From Felis catus (taxonomy: Eukaryota), in NCBI RefSeq assembly GCF_018350175.1, contig NC_058368.1, positions 16,742,001 through 16,806,000 of the forward strand: a DNA stretch of 64,000 nucleotides. Direction: 5' to 3'. Position numbers and translations under genes: made by a program. Below, in pieces: positions 62,326-64,000 of the stretch. Below the pieces are notes generated by a model. The model had not been told where the DNA came from. It was given only the letters and a program-made list of their open reading frames with translations, and ran no database searches. Position 1 is the first letter of the stretch; each line of letters begins with the position of its first letter.

Positions 62326-63807
62326 TTGGATGTCTTTATTTATTAAACAATCGATCCCACTCCATTTAGCACACATCTCTCCAGCATATTTACCAGAATC
62401 CATGGTGACTGTGAAGGGTTAACATGACAACAAAGCGCAACCTCTTTCCTCAAGAAGCTCGCACTCACAATGACAGAAAAGGGCACATCGCCACAGTTTG
62501 ACAAGTGCTAGAAAGAAGTAGAAGTAGGTGCTCGAACAAAAGGGAAAACGAGTTCAGCTCCTGCCACTTTTAGCTAAAATCCCATTTCCCACGATGTACT
62601 TACTTTGGATCCATGTGTACACTGTCGTCTATAGGAAGTCAAACATCTTTTCCACGTGGCAAGTCTTTGAATTTTGTTGCTGCTGTTGGTTCTTTAGTGT
62701 TTATTTGTTTTGTTTTTTTTTCTTCTGGCCTGACTGGACCCCACTAGACACCTAGCTGGATACCAATGTCACCACCTTCTATGAAATCTCATCACCTACT
62801 TCTCTGATAAAAAGCAGTCTGCATCTTACTTTTTTCTGAATATACTTTGTGCTTCACGAACTCCTTAAAATAGAATTATCAAAAGCAAACAGAATACCAT
62901 AACATGATATGAATGATATAATTCTATAAAGACAGTTTAAGATATTATTATATTTCTCATAGTCCGTGTCATAATACTAAATTCAACCAATTTTTCTCTT
63001 CTCGTCTATTTTTTAAATATGGCAAGGCCGCGTAAATGCAGTGACTTCTTGTTTGTTCACTTGCTTTAAAAAACCCTGATTTATTCCTATTAGATTACAC
63101 AGACACATTGGAATCTGTTCAAGTATTTGAATTTAAATTCTAACACAAAATATTTTAACTCTCCTATCAGATTGAGAGATTTGATTAGCATTACTTATAT
63201 TTTGGTCCAGGCAATTATAAAAGTGCTAATTAATGTAAAGTCAAGAACAGGATCTCCTGGATTTCTAGTGCAGCATAAAATAAATATCTCCAGGGAAATG
63301 CTTGCTGACTGTCTGTTCCTGAAGAACCGACTCCTACTTGGGGAGATGTCTTCTACAGGGGTCCCCAAGATACTAATCAAGACTGAAAAGTTCATCAAAG
63401 ATGGAATCTACTTTCCGTTTGTTTCCACTTCTAGTCTGTGTTACATCCGGTCTCTGTTTTCTCCTTTGTTTTTCCAGACACTTCTATTGTGTTTCCGCTC
63501 TGTTCCAGTGTGTAGTTCATGTGGCATGCTCTGCTCTGGTCCCTCCTTCTCTTCTGAAACTCTTCCTTCTTATACATGTATGAAAAATACATCCATCAAA
63601 TATTACGTCTCTTTAACTCTCCAGAATGACTTTGGATTTAATGATCTGAAGATTGCTCTTCATTATGTGCCCTGACCCCTCAGTTCCCATGTCCGCATTG
63701 CTTCCAAAATGATAAATGGTAATTTTTAAGAGGCATTGAGTATTTGATATGTGCAAGCACCCTCGTAAGTCTCCCTTAGGTATATTTTCATTTAATCTCG
63801 ATAACAA

Positions 63808-63854
63808 GTTACAGACCACTGCAATAAAGCAACTGTCACAATAAAGCAAGCGAA
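63808..63854. mobile_element. Tigger1 terminal fragment
   Basis: cagaccactgcaataaagcaactgtcacaataaagcaag versus Tigger1 cagaccaccgcaataaagcgaatatcgcaataaagcgag. Confidence 0.65.
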
Positions 63855-64000
63855 GGGGCACCTGGGTAGCTCAGTGGGTTAAGCGTCTGACTCTTAGTTT
63901 CAGTTCAGGTCATGATCTCCCAGTTCGTGGGTTCAAGCCCTGCATCAGGCTCTGAGAAGCCTGCTTGAGATTCTCTGTCTCTGCCCCTCCCGTTCACGTT
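63855..64000 (+). mobile_element. Can-SINE (runs off the window end)
   Basis: ggggcacctgggtagctcagtgggttaagcg head. Confidence 0.92.

Overview
Repeat-dense, AT-rich mammalian genomic DNA, almost certainly from a cat-family carnivore. It carries about 44 tRNA-derived Can-SINEs, four of them near-intact and felid SINEC_Fc-type. I recognise no known protein-coding gene, RNA gene or CRISPR array. Nearly every ORF in the supplied track is a chance ORF inside a SINE, L1, LTR or simple repeat. The rest is decayed L1/L2/MIR, solo LTRs (MER74-, MER34-, MER76-like, MLT1), DNA transposon remnants (MER20, Tigger, MER53, MER58, MER5) and a MaLR internal fragment. The most structured locus (about 21.0-25.8 kb) is an ancient ERV-L (HERV16/LTR16-like) provirus relic. 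Its LTR/gag part lies in the opposite orientation to its pol-integrase-dUTPase and 3' LTR, it carries a SINE-in-SINE insertion, and its 3' LTR holds a very young 5 x 40-bp minisatellite. Apparently unique intervals contain a CpG-enriched promoter-like patch with clustered NR5A-type motifs (about 33.2-33.5 kb) and several splice-competent candidate exons on both strands; these are hypotheses only. Repeat family names come from recalled consensus similarity, not a database search, and boundaries are approximate. I found no convincing new biological system.
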